From positions 11,160,001 to 11,224,000 of the forward strand of contig OZ024765.1 of the NCBI GenBank assembly GCA_964016885.1: a stretch of DNA of 64,000 nt. The letters run 5' to 3'. The translations under genes were made by a program, and so were the position numbers. Shown here piece after piece: positions 30,690 to 43,402 of this stretch. Position 1 is the first letter of the stretch. Each line of letters starts with the position of its first letter. A model generated the notes under the pieces. It worked only from the letters and a program-made list of their open reading frames with translations, had not been told where the DNA came from and made no database searches. The DNA is from Eledone cirrhosa (Eukaryota).

Positions 30690-31220
30690 AGTCGATAGCT
30701 GTATAACAAAGTGCAGGGCACTAAAGATAGACGGTAGCCACGGAATAGGCAGACCTAGAAAAACCTGGGACGAGCTGATAAACTCCAACCTCACACACTT
30801 ACACCTCTCCAAGACAATGTCACTGGACCGAGACCTTTGGCGGTACTCAGTAACAGAGAAGACCCGTAAAACCTACTACAGCCAGTAGGCATCTCTAACA
30901 AAATACCCCCCCCCCCTCGTTCTATGTAAAGTTATGTTGGTGCCGCGCCATCCAGGCCGAAACAAATGAGATCGTGTAGGTGTCACGACAAAAAAACACA
31001 CAGTCCACGCTGTAATGTGGCTGTGTAGGCAACACGGTAAAAACCTCCCAGACCCACACTGTAAATGTGGTTGGTGTTAGGAAGGGCATCCAACTGTAGA
31101 AAACCTGCCAGACAGTCCTATGCGAGCAAGACAATCACTCTTGCCTCAAGTGGGACTACCCCCGTCCAGACCCATGCAAGCGTGGAACACGGACGTTAAA
31201 CGTTGATGATGATGATGATG
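30690..31220 (+). mobile_element. RTE subfamily B 3' end (ORF C-terminus plus 3' UTR)
   Basis: DSCITKCRALKIDGSHGIGRPRKTWDELINSNLTHLHLSKTMSLDRDLWR, then UTR and (GAT)n. Confidence 0.88.
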
Positions 31221-31502
31221 ATATATATAATTATTATATATATATATATCTGTGTGTAAATATATCTGTATTTATATATAATTATATATGTATATACATG
31301 TATATATATATATAACGAAGGAAATGTGGTAAGGAACCAGATGGACCATAACGCACCAAAGTACTCAATACTTAAGGTAGTAGAGTGGGTAATAGGAACG
31401 AGTATGACCCCGACGGTAGAGCTCAAGCCGTTTCGACGGCTAATTCTGGACAGAATTAGCCGTCGAAACGGCTTGAGCTCTGCCGTCGGGGTCCTACTCG
31501 TT

Positions 31503-31537
<35 letters not shown>

Positions 31538-31544
31538 GTGTAAA

Positions 31545-31955
31545 AGGTAAACAGAAATAACAACATAATCGCTACAGTATATGGAAGGAATATATTAGGT
31601 TAATGCTTGAAATAGCAGGAAGAGGGTCTTGACGTTTCGGATGCTAGTCCTTCATTAGAAGAAAGAATGAGAAATAAGATAGATTGAAGGGCTGGGTGGG
31701 CTGGAATTGGAAAAAATGTCTTAGCTGGCAGAGAAAAGATTTGAGATTGGGCATGTTGACGGAACTAGGGTCGGAGTGAAAAATACACGGGTGAGAAGAA
31801 GGTGATGTAAGAAGATTGTAGTAGAGGAAAAGTAATAGAGAGTCATGGTATATTTAATGCAAGAAGCAAAGGAAATTTCAGTGATACGGAAGATTTCCTG
31901 GTTGAAGTTCAGGTGTACTCTGGGTTGGTATCCAGTTTTGGGGTGAAAATCCAAC

Positions 31956-31957
<2 letters not shown>
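31545..31957 (-). mobile_element. Penelope-like element 3' remnant with a minimal hammerhead at 31627-31662 (core mutated to CTAATGA)
   Basis: [10 protein letters not shown] trace resembling the GIY-YIG C-terminal WIxxLxT motif, then TCTT-CTAATGA-AGGACTAGCATCC-GAAA-CGTC-AAGA; homologous to 59066-59260. Confidence 0.7.
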
Positions 31958-32012
<55 letters not shown>

Positions 32013-32328
32013 CAAATATGCAAATATATATATATATACACACATATATACATATATATATATACACACACATATATATATATATATGTACATACAAATA
32101 TACAAATATATATATATACACACATATATATACATATATATATATACACATATATATATATATACATACAAATATACAAATATATATATACACACACATA
32201 TATACATATATATATATACACACATATATATATATACATACATACAAATATACAAATATATATATATATACACACATATATACATATTTATATACACACA
32301 TATATATATATATACATACATATATGAT

Positions 32329-32674
32329 GGAGGCACATGGCTTAGTGGTTAGAGCATTGGCCTTGCAATCGAAAGGTTGTGAGTTCAATTCTCAGACCAG
32401 GTGATGTGTTGTTTCCTTGAGCAAGACACTTTATTTCACATTGCTCCAGTTTACTCAGCTGTAGAAATGAGATGATAGGGACTGGGGTCCATATCATTCC
32501 ACTGCAAAGTGGTCGTGGAGGTGCCACAGCAAAAAAGCACCCAGCACTCACTGTAAATGAGGTTGGTGTTAGGAAGGGCATCCAGCTGTAGAAATCAAGC
32601 CAGAATCAGTTCCCGTCCCACCCTTGCAAGCAAGGAAAAAGCGGACGTAAAATGAAATGATGATGAAATGATGA
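32329..32674 (+). mobile_element. Full-length CORE-like SINE
   Basis: A box TGGCTTAGTGG, B box, CORE-like domain, RTE tail. Confidence 0.88.
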
Positions 32675-32678
32675 TATA

Positions 32679-32871
32679 ATAATTGTTTCTACTTTAGGCA
32701 CAAGGCCAGCAAATTACCCAGTGCATTACTGGTACTTTATTTTATCGACCTCGTAAGGATGAAAGGCAAAGTAAACCTCGGCGGGATTTGAACTCAGAAT
32801 GGCAAGGGCCGTAACTCTATGCGTCAAAGCATGGCGTCCGACTCTCTACCGATACTGCCAATCCACCGCCC
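32679..32871 (-). mobile_element. Full-length tRNA-derived SINE with Nin/Deu-like domain (fragments at 28880, 35180, 38245, 59312)
   Basis: B box GAGTTCAAATCCC; TTGCCTTTCATCCTTACGAGGTCGATAAAATAAAGTACCAG; (ATT)n end. Confidence 0.8.
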
Positions 32872-33127
32872 TAGCATATAATAATAATAATAAAAAAAGT
32901 ATGATTTGTTATGTCTTCATTACACTTATTGAGTAGATATACACATTTCGTTATTGATCAGCTCAAGGTTTGATCTATATTGATCTGGCTGAACTCTAGA
33001 ATCAAAAGCTTGTTGGACTTCTGTTGTAGTAATTACAGAATGAACCTCTGTATGTATATATGTGTGTATTTATCATAAGAACAGATAAAAATATTTGCTC
33101 TACGGGTTTTTATATTCATATATATTT

Positions 33128-33160
<33 letters not shown>

Positions 33161-33185
33161 GGCTCGATAAGGATTATATATATAC

Positions 33186-33217
<32 letters not shown>

Positions 33218-33331
33218 GTATATATATAATCCTTATTGAGCCCTCTTCAGATTTTAGTCTTCACAATTATTATTACTATATATATATATAGCCGTCCAAA
33301 CGGCTTGAGCTCTGCCGTCGGGGTCATACTT

Positions 33332-33369
<38 letters not shown>

Positions 33370-33455
33370 TTGTTAAACAATATTCTGTCAAAGAATGAGT
33401 TTTACAGTAGATTGGAAACATAATTTTCAGGGAAAATAATTTTCAGTAGTTATTA

Positions 33456-33761
33456 ATATTAAAATATAAGTATTAATAAAATAGATGTTCTTTTGATCAA
33501 TTACATTTTATTATACATATTTCGGATGTATGACACTACGTCCTCATCAGACAAAATATAATGATACATGACATACCCTGAGATGTTAAATGGTTAAGAT
33601 TTACTACCTTGATTAAATCTTAACCATTTAACATCTCAGCGTATGTCATGTATCATTATATTTTGTCTGATGAGGACGTACTGTCGTACATCGGAAATAT
33701 GTATAATAAAATGTAATTGATCAAGAGAACATCTATTTTATTAATACTTATATTTTAATAT
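33456..33761. mobile_element. Fold-back element (about 147-bp arms) carrying hammerheads at 33502-33560 (-) and 33657-33715 (+)
   Basis: TATATTTTGT-CTGATGA-GGACGTA...TACATC(C/G)-GAAA-TATGTA-TA-ATAAAATGTA on both arms. Confidence 0.85.
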
Positions 33762-33848
33762 ATATATATATATATATACGTGAAAAGTAAATGGTAAAAA
33801 ATACAGCAGATGATGAAGTACAATGAAAAAATATACTAGTAAGAAAAG

Positions 33849-33883
33849 TCTTAAGGTTTCGGTCGTAGTCCTTCATCAGAAAA
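33849..33883 (-). ncRNA. Minimal hammerhead motif (family of 31627 and 59154)
   Basis: TTTT-CTGATGA-AGGACTACGACC-GAAA-CCTT-AAGA. Confidence 0.65.
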
Positions 33884-33972
33884 TAGAATGAGAATTCTCA
33901 GCTTGTATTTGGCAGGCCTTTTCAATATATATAAAATTGTATGTTTTTTTTTTTTAGCTTAACAGCTATATA

Positions 33973-34317
33973 CAGTGTACCCTCGACATTTGCAGCCCTG
34001 GTTATTCATGGAATTTTCCTTAGAACCTAACTAATAAATGTTCATGGAAACCACCATAAATTCGTGGAATCATAAATATCTTTTTTCGTGGCAATATATA
34101 TATTTTTTAATGTTAAATTATTAATAACAATACACCATATTTGCTGGCCTATTGGATCCCCCTTCACATAAGAGGCTCCCTCTTTTTTTTAAAATTATAT
34201 TTTACATTATATTTTGATGTTTATAGCCGTTCTTATGGGCCACGTCCGTTGTTCATGGTTTCTCACTCTTCACGGGTACTCTAGGGACCTAACCCCGTGA
34301 AGACCAGGGGACTACTG
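33973..34317. mobile_element. pogo/Tigger-like MITE
   Basis: TA|CAGTGTACCCTCG ... CAGGGGACTACTG ends. Confidence 0.55.
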
Positions 34318-34546
34318 TTTTAATGTTTGTCTTTCCTCTCTTAATCCTTTGGACAGTGTTTGGCTTATGTCAGATGCTGTTGACCAGCACTGCCATTGGT
34401 TGGGCTCGAAATGGCCCAAGTCCATCTCAACAGCCAATGACCATGGAGTTCTGTGTCCTTCGTTTGTATATTTATTTTTATAAAATACTTTTTTTTTTGT
34501 TTTGTTTCCGTTTGTTATCATGTCCTTTGTTTATCAATTTTCCTAA

Positions 34547-34764
34547 TCCGTTAGCATATAAACTGGCCATATCTGGCCAGAATTCTCTCACCTCTTTCTG
34601 TTCAAACCAGCTATAACCAGCTGCTCATACTGATGTTAAGGTATTGTTCTCAACATAAATATAAAAATCTCATAGACTCGATATCATGTGAGATAATTTT
34701 GTGGAATAAAGCCTTTACCATGAAAATACTATAGTACATATAGAGTAATGTAAATGTTAAAGGG
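34547..34764 (-). mobile_element. piggyBac-type MITE, single-unit form
   Basis: Reverse complement of the 45179-45405 family; ends AAAGGG|TTAA. Confidence 0.75.
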
Positions 34765-34766
34765 TT

Positions 34767-35031
34767 AAAGCCAGTGCAATGTGGTAGATATATATAAAGG
34801 GCAAGGATGACAAATAAAACAAAACCAAGTGTTTACCCAGTATATTTCAACATAATATTTCAGGGCTAATACCCTCTTTTCAAATGTGAAACGGAAACAG
34901 ATGAACCGTTTTTGTTTCACATTTGAAAAGAGGGTATTAGCCCTGAAATATACTGGGTAAAACATTACTTTGTTTTGTTTTGTTTGTCATCCTTTGCCCT
35001 TTATTTATTTCTACCACATTGTACTGGCTTT
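34767..35031. repeat. Fold-back element with a degenerate hammerhead-like motif
   Basis: Long inverted arms; ACAT-TTGAAAAG-AGGG/CCCT-GAAA-TATT-ATGT on the minus strand. Confidence 0.7.
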
Positions 35032-35354
35032 TTATTAGACACACAAACATATATATATATATATAAATTGCAAACTTGTCTATCACCACTGAATATGAAC
35101 CTGCAGATTGCAAAAGCATGAAAGTACTTGTTCAATTAACACTTAACATTTCATATTCTACCATACTATTTCATTATATCAAATCCCGCCGAGGTTAACT
35201 TTGCCTTTCATCCTTACGGGGTCGATAAAATAAAGTACCAGTAATACACTGGGTAATTGCTGGCCTTGTGCCAATAGTAGAAACAATTATATCATTATAA
35301 TTTTAAAGGATTGTAAATAAAACGAGTAAACAACAAAGTTGGATTTCCTTTTAT

Positions 35355-35419
<65 letters not shown>

Positions 35420-35535
35420 TGTTGCTGATGGGTCATGTTTCTCGTGGCTGTAAAAAGCATAAAACTTTACAGCTGTATATCCTCCTCTTTAGCAGAATGT
35501 GGAAAGTTGGCTTGTTAAAGACACCTACTGAGAAT

Positions 35536-35619
<84 letters not shown>

Positions 35620-35668
35620 TCTTCCTCCTCTTCGTTTAACATCGATCTTCCACGCTAGCATGGGTTAG

Positions 35669-35700
<32 letters not shown>

Positions 35701-35732
35701 GGTGTGTGTGGGTGGGTGGGTGGGTGGGTGTG

Positions 35733-35778
<46 letters not shown>

Positions 35779-36007
35779 CATGTACACACATGTGTCTGTA
35801 TATACAATGTTATAGAATGACACACATGATCTATTTAATCATTGATGGGGCACAATGTTGAAATATATATATAATGTTGCTGAAATGTGTGAGTGTGTGT
35901 GTATATATATGTATGTATATACACACACAAACATTTGTACATATATATATACAGAGATAGACATATATATATAAACACACACATATATATATATTTATAT
36001 ATATATA

Positions 36008-36055
<48 letters not shown>

Positions 36056-36110
36056 TATATATATATTTATACTCACTCACACACACACATATATATATAT
36101 GTATATATAT

Positions 36111-36165
<55 letters not shown>

Positions 36166-36419
36166 TATATATTTATACTCACTCACACACACACATATAT
36201 ATATATATGTATATATATACACAAGTTGCTGAGCCATAAACTAGATTCTGGGTGTATAATCAATACTCAATAGCAGAAATGTAGTTAATTTTAAAGAAAT
36301 ATATATAAACAACAGCATGAAGTGTTTATTACACTACATTACTATAAATGACACGTCAGGAGTTTTATTGTCAAATTTGATCTCATTTGCTGTAAAGTTT
36401 TTACATTAAGAGAGACAAA

Positions 36420-37052
36420 GGTTACATTTTTTTCCCCTGAAATTACTACACTTCGTCTATTGATTAATGAAAAACTCTCTGCACTGAAACATGGGCAGTG
36501 GATATGGGAGATAGAAGATATATGAAGGTGGGAGATATATAAATCTAGAATAATTAAAGTAGCTGTCTTCAGTTCAACAGTAGCTGACAAGGCGAATATT
36601 TTTTTGTTCTGAAATTAACTACTTTTTGTGTAATGACTAATGATAGAGTCAGAGCAATGAAAAATGGGCAGTGAATTTATGAGATAGAAGATAAGTGAAG
36701 GTGGGAGATATATGAATCTACAATGGTTAAAGTAGCTGTCCTTAGTGCAACAGTAGCTGACAAGGTGAAACTAGTACAGCGTTCCTTTGTCAGTGTTGAA
36801 CAAACGAACAACGATGGTTGCTGGACACTACGGCTTAATACGGGATGTTTGTTTACAAAGCATTATAAATACCGAGCATTATAATAAATGTTCGGTGAAT
36901 CCATACGTACATATATATATGTGTGCATGTATGTATATATATATACATACTACTGTGCGTCTGTATACATATATGTATGTACGTGTACATACTTATATTT
37001 AAGTAACAACCGTACTAAGAGTGGGAAATGAAATTTTGTTTCATTTTTTTCC

Positions 37053-37109
<57 letters not shown>

Positions 37110-38585
37110 AAATTAACTACATTTTGGCTATTGATTAATCCCCTTGGCACTATTGGCGACATAAGTCACCGATAGAGTAGTCTCCCCTAAATACATAATA
37201 CAGTTTCAAGGGAAGCAACTCATAAAAAAATTCACCCTCCTAAAGGTTAATGAGACTCTGAGCAATGAAACATGGGCAGTGTATTTGTGAGATAGAAGAT
37301 ATATGAAGATGGGGGATATATAAATCTAGAATGGTTGATAAATAAAGTGTCCACTCTGTTCTTTTGTCAATGTACAGTCAATTTATATACTAACCACATA
37401 CAATGTCAACAACTGCTGTGTATTGAATGGAAAAATCAAGTAACTGTCTTTAGTTTAACAGTGGCTGACAAGGTGAATTTATTTCTTTTCTGAAATTAAC
37501 TGCATTAACTTACATATGTGTGTAATGACTGAAATAATACGATCACAAATACAAGTGACCGAAATGGGATTCCACCAGAGGGTCTTTGGAATAACGTTAC
37601 TCGATAAAGTACATAACTCAGAGATGAGAGAGTCACTCCAGGTAGAGCTACTATTTCTCTGAATTGAGAGATCACAACACTGATACTATGGCTATGTGGT
37701 TAGAATGTCTCAGGAAAGAATCACTGTAGAAATTTGTAGCTTGGAGATGAGAGAGTCACTCCAGGTAGAGCTACTATTTCTCTGAATTGAGAGATCACAA
37801 CTCTGATACTATGGCTATGTGGTTAGAATGTCTCAGGAAAATATTGCTGGACAGATTTTACAGGCAAAAGCATCCGGCAAGAAACCCAGGAGTAGGCTAC
37901 GAGCAAGATGGTTGGATAACATCCATAAGCTCAGTTGGTCTCACTTGGGTACCCAGCCGGATCAGTTGGAGACAGTTGCTTCTGACAGGACCCACTGGAA
38001 GGAATTTTTGAGGACTCTGCCTCCACAACCCTCTGAGGAATAAGTGGGCGAAGAAGAAGAAAAATATTAATGATAGACTCTGAGCGAGCAATGAAACATG
38101 GGCAGTGTATTGAGGAGATAGAAGATATATGAAGGTGGGAGATATATAAATATAGAATGGTTGATAAATGAAGTGTCCACTGTGTTCTTTTGACCATATA
38201 TGGTTGATTCAAATTGCAGTTATTAGAATGTTAGATAGAATGCTGAGGTCAACTTTGCCTTTCATCCTTTTAAGGTCGATAAAAAAAAGCACTGGGGGAC
38301 GATTCTTCTTTATCTCCTTCTCAATTCCTCACTCTCTCACTTTCTATCTTCTTCTGGAAAAAATCTGCTGTATTCAGACTTTGAAATTAATGGGCTCCGC
38401 CTGGCTTTAATAAAAAGGCCCAAGAAATGCTGTATGTCAATATAGCACCCCTACAACTCTATCAGGAGTTACGGGGACCATACATACATGGTTGATTTTT
38501 ATACTAACTAACCACATGCAATGTCAACAAGTGCTGTATGGCAAAATCAAGTAACTGTCTTTAGTTAAACAGTGGCTGACACAGT
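36420..38585 (+). repeat. Old degenerate local repeat (4-5 copies) broken by later insertions, including a TTAA-flanked 108-bp insert at 37139-37246
   Basis: CATGGGCAGTG...GAGATAGAAGATATATGAAGGTGGGAGATATATAAATCTAGAAT at about 36490, 36665, 37270, 38097. Confidence 0.75.
37541..38060 (+). mobile_element. RTE family C 3' fragment
   Basis: YYGYVVRMSQENIAGQILQAKASGKKPRSRLRARWLDNI; (GAA)n tail. Confidence 0.82.
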
Positions 38586-38845
38586 CAATAGACACTTAAA
38601 CTATTCAGATATCTGTTCAGAAAACATGTGGTAAGTATTGTACATTTATTTCATGTAGCATATTTGAGGTTCATTCACCTCATTTAAATTGCCGAGAACA
38701 AATGTCATTGCCATGACTACTTGTTGGGTAATTATGACCTTTCGGTGATTAAATATCTCATGTGTGTCACTCTAAATAATATATATACACACATATATGC
38801 ATGTGTATATATATATATGTATATATATGTGTATCTGTGTGTGTG

Positions 38846-38907
<62 letters not shown>

Positions 38908-39242
38908 CATACATATATATATATATATATCTGTGTATATATATATATATACACACATATGACTGAATGTATGTATGCATATTTATGTGTGAGTATATAT
39001 ATATTCATATACACGCACATACATACACACATGATAATAATGATGATGATGATGATATACAAACACATGAGCTGTGAGGTAAACCCCAAGTCTAAGTGAT
39101 AACAGGTTATATATATATATGCAAACGAGTTACTATATGTATATATATTTATATATAAATATATATATACATATCATCATCATCATTTTACATCCGCTTT
39201 TCCCTGCTTGCAAGGGTGCAATGTTATTATATATATTATATC

Positions 39243-39313
<71 letters not shown>

Positions 39314-39337
39314 TATATTATATATATATAAATATAA

Positions 39338-39393
<56 letters not shown>

Positions 39394-39394
39394 T

Positions 39395-39425
<31 letters not shown>

Positions 39426-39439
39426 TATATATATATATT

Positions 39440-39470
<31 letters not shown>

Positions 39471-39667
39471 ATATATATATATATATATTATATATATATA
39501 TTATATATATATAAATATTATATATATATAATATATGTATATATATATAATATATATATAAATATTATATATATACAATATATATATATATATATAATAT
39601 ATATATATATATAAGTATATATATATATATTATATATATATAAGTATATATATATATATTATATATA

Positions 39668-41339
39668 TCATCATCACCGTTTTACGTCCGTTCTTCCACG
39701 CTAGCATGGGTTAGACGGGTTGTCCTGTTGTGGGCAGTGTCTGGTCGGCTGACCATGCCTTGCTCATACAGGAACTGATCTGGCTTGATTTCTACAGCTG
39801 GATGCCCTTCCTAACACCAACCTCATTTACAGTGAGTGCTGGGTGCTTTTTCGTGGCGCCTACACGTCCACTTTACAGTGTGGGCTGGGTGCTTTTTTGC
39901 CGTGGCACCTCCACGACCACCTTGCGGTGGGGGGGGGGGGGGGGCATATTGTTTATATGCTTCAGCATGTACCCATGGGAGGTCGGGTACCCTGTATTAC
40001 TGCGTGACGCCAGAAGTCACGGTCGCGTGTCATTGACTTTGAGAGGTGTAGTTGGGTAAGGTCGGCTTTTATCACCTCATCCCAAGTCATCTTGGGTCTC
40101 CCCACTCCGCGGTTTCCATCAACTTCTAGTGCTCTGCACCTTTTTATGCAGCTGTCATCCTTCATACGCATCACATGTCCATACCAGCGTAACCGCCTCT
40201 CCTGCACGCAGCATTTGATTCCTCTTATGCTCAGTCTCTCTCTCAATTCATTTATGCTTTGTCGTTCACGTATATTACTGTTACACATCCATCGGAGCAT
40301 GCAGGCTTCGTTTCTCTCTAATCTACGTAAGTCTTCCACCTTCAGCGCCCAGGTCTCACTACCATGCAACATCGCTGTTCGGATACACGCATCATACAGT
40401 CTGCCTTTCATTCTGAGGGAGAAGCCTTTTGCAGCTAGCAGTGGTAGTAGTTCCCTAAACTTCTTCCATCCCGTTCTTACCCTAGTTATTGTACTTTCTG
40501 AGCACCCACCTCCGTTGCTAATTCGGTCACCTAGGTAGCAGAAGCTGTCTACTGTTTCTACAGGGCCCTCCCAGAGATTGGTGGTACTTGTTTCCTGTGG
40601 CTGTTTGCTTGCTGTTTCAGCACAGCTGCTGCATGTGAATCCTACATTCTTAATTAAGCTTCCTGAGATCCCGCTACATCTCTTGTGTACCCATTGTTTG
40701 CATTTGGGGCAAAGAATGGAGTTCCTACCTACACCTTTCCTACATACTGAGCAAGGCCATTTCCCTGAGGGGATCTGGGTTCTGTTTTCTCGTCTACTTA
40801 TAAGGACCTTAGTCTTTGTCATGTTGACTTTGAGGCCCTTTCTCTCTAGTCCCTGCTTCCAGGTTTGGAATTTATTCTCTAGTTCTACCATAGATTCAGC
40901 TATGAGTGCGAGGTCATCAGCATACAGGAGTTCCCATGGGCATCCGGTCTTAAACTCCTCCGTTATTGCCTGCAGGACTATGATGAACAGGAGAGGGCTA
41001 AGAACAGAGCCCTGGTGGACCCCAACCTGTACGCTAAATTCCTCGCTATACTCATTGCCAATCCTAACTTTGCTGACTGCTCCCCTATACATGGCTTGTA
41101 CCGCTTTCACAAGCCATTCATCTACTCCTAGTTTTCTAAGAGCCCACCAGATTACTGCACGTGTAACTCTGTCAAAGGCTTTCTCAAGGTCGACAAATGC
41201 CAAGTAGAGTGGCTTACTTTTAGCTAGGTACATTTCCTGTAATTGCCTCACAAGGAAGAGCGCATCAGTGGTGCCTTTCCCTGGTACAAACCCAAATTGC
41301 ATCTCGTCTATATTCACCCGGTCCCTAATCAGCTGTGCT
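39668..41339 (-). mobile_element. 5'-truncated young RTE-clade LINE inserted in (TA)n
   Basis: Uninterrupted RT ORF, about 290-nt 3' UTR, (GAT)n tail. Confidence 0.95.
39962..41317 (-). CDS. RTE non-LTR retrotransposon reverse transcriptase, C-terminal 451 aa, with embedded PHD-type zinc finger
   Basis: QFGF, FVDLEKAFD, GVHQGSVLSPLLF, YADD, FCYLG, HGSETW, RRLRWYGHVMR and GRPKMTW motifs. Confidence 0.95.
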   Translation of the reverse strand: MNIDEMQFGFVPGKGTTDALFLVRQLQEMYLAKSKPLYLAFVDLEKAFDRVTRAVIWWALRKLGVDEWLVKAVQAMYRGAVSKVRIGNEYSEEFSVQVGVHQGSVLSPLLFIIVLQAITEEFKTGCPWELLYADDLALIAESMVELENKFQTWKQGLERKGLKVNMTKTKVLISRRENRTQIPSGKWPCSVCRKGVGRNSILCPKCKQWVHKRCSGISGSLIKNVGFTCSSCAETASKQPQETSTTNLWEGPVETVDSFCYLGDRISNGGGCSESTITRVRTGWKKFRELLPLLAAKGFSLRMKGRLYDACIRTAMLHGSETWALKVEDLRRLERNEACMLRWMCNSNIRERQSINELRERLSIRGIKCCVQERRLRWYGHVMRMKDDSCIKRCRALEVDGNRGVGRPKMTWDEVIKADLTQLHLSKSMTRDRDFWRHAVIQGTRPPMGTC

Positions 41340-41454
41340 ATATATAATATATATATATATATAATATATATATATATTATATATATATATTATATATATA
41401 TATATATATTATATATATATATATATATTATATATATATATTATATATATATAT

Positions 41455-41549
<95 letters not shown>

Positions 41550-41864
41550 ATATATAAAGGAGAATGGGAACTTAATAAAGAAAGAAATCACTTTCCTTAA
41601 TTAATTAAATAACTTAATTTAACTGGAGATTAATTAATTTATTAATTATGGCAAAATTGATTGAGTTGTGCATTGCCGCATGAAGAAATGACGGTGAATG
41701 TGCAACATGCACTATAGTGCTGCAATTATATTACACATACACATATATACATATATATATACACACACATACATATATATGTATATATACATATATGTGT
41801 GTATGTATACATATATATATATATATATATATACACACTGGGATCCCTCCCAAAATGTATAGTC

Positions 41865-41940
<76 letters not shown>

Positions 41941-42056
41941 ATGTGTGTCTATAGTGGTAGCTATGGTTCTTCCGTAGGCAGAATGCCAAAATTAGCACTC
42001 AATATTCATCAGAGTAGAGTGTATATATTATCAAATTTGCTCCGGACATAACAGAC

Positions 42057-42145
42057 GTGTCTGAAAGAACCCGCAGAAGTAGAATCAGCCAGATCCATAC
42101 AAGGACCATGACTCGAGCTACATGCCAGCGAAACGTTTGTAACAC
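42057..42145 (+). ncRNA. Hammerhead-like motif with long stem II
   Basis: GTGT-CTGAAAGA-...-GAAA-CGTTTG-TA-ACAC; one extra A in the core. Confidence 0.55.
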
Positions 42146-42489
42146 AAAATAAACTAAGTCCAGATGCATCCCTGATTTTTCGTATTCTTGATAATATATA
42201 TATTATCCAGAATTAGCCGTCGAAACGGCTTGAGCTCAGCCGTCGGGGTCTTACTTGTTCCTATATATATATATATATATATATAAGTTAAAACAATGAA
42301 ATAAAAAATCATGATTTTTTATTTCCTTGTTTTAACTTATATCATGACTCTGTTTTCCTTTTAATGTTTTATTGTTTTCCGAGATTTATCTTAACCTACA
42401 ACACTTTCACCATATGGATTACATCGAGTTCTTCATGCAGAATAGACCCCACAACTTTCTGTGGATACCTCTGTGTGTATATACATATA

Positions 42490-42902
42490 CAGAGGTGATA
42501 AAAGCCGACCTTACCCAATTACACCTCTCAAAGACAATGACACACGACCGTGACTTCTGGCGTCACGCAGTAATACAGAGTACCCGACCTCCCATGGGTA
42601 CAAGCTGAAGCATATAGACAATATGCTCCCACACCCCCCACTGCAAGGAGGTCGTGGAGGTGCCACGGCAAAAAAGCACCCAGCCCACACTGTAAAGTGG
42701 ACGTGTAGGCGCCACGAAAAAGCACCCAGCACTCACTGTAAATGAGGTTGGTGTTAGGAAGGGCATCCAGCTGTAGAAATCAAGCCAAATCAGTTCCTGT
42801 ATGAGCAAGGCATGGTCAGCTGACCAGACACTGCCCACAACAGGACAACCCGTCTAACCCATGCTAGCGTGGAAGAACAGACGTAAAATGGTGATGATGA
42901 TA
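42490..42902 (+). mobile_element. 3' end of the same RTE family as 39668 (further fragments 43965-44147 -, 63195-63290 +)
   Basis: EVIKADLTQLHLSKTMTHDRDFWRHAVIQSTRPPMGTS plus UTR. Confidence 0.92.
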
Positions 42903-42936
42903 TGTAAATACATATATATATATATATATATATATA

Positions 42937-43281
42937 TCATCATTTCATCATTTCATTTTCCGTCCGCTTTTTCCCTGCTTGCAAGGGTGGGACGGGAACT
43001 GATTCTGGCTTGATTTCTACAGCTGGATGCCCTTCCTAACACCAACCTCATTTACAGTGAGTGCTGGGTGCTTTTTTGCCGTGGCACCTCCACGACCACT
43101 TTTGCAGTGGAATGATAGGGAACCCCAGTCCCTATCATCTCATTTCTACAGCTGAGTAAACTGGAGCAATGTGAAATAAAGTGTCTTGCTCAAGGAAACA
43201 ACACATCACCCGGTCTGAGAATTGAACTCACAACCTTTCGATTGCAAGGCCAATGCTCTAACCACTAAGCCATGTGCCTCC
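42937..43281 (-). mobile_element. Full-length CORE-like SINE
   Basis: Reverse complement of 32329-32674. Confidence 0.88.
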
Positions 43282-43354
43282 GTATATATATATATACATA
43301 TGTAAAAAGAAAACAGAAATAATACAATCAGTACAGTATATGGAAGGAAGGAAT

Positions 43355-43402
<48 letters not shown>

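Noticed and set aside
32329-32400. tRNA gene with a TGC anticodon-like loop
   Set aside because: Acceptor stem does not close, and the sequence continues into a SINE body in four copies.
40092-41207. Plus-strand ORFs of 148 and 209 aa
   Set aside because: Antisense shadows of the RTE ORF.
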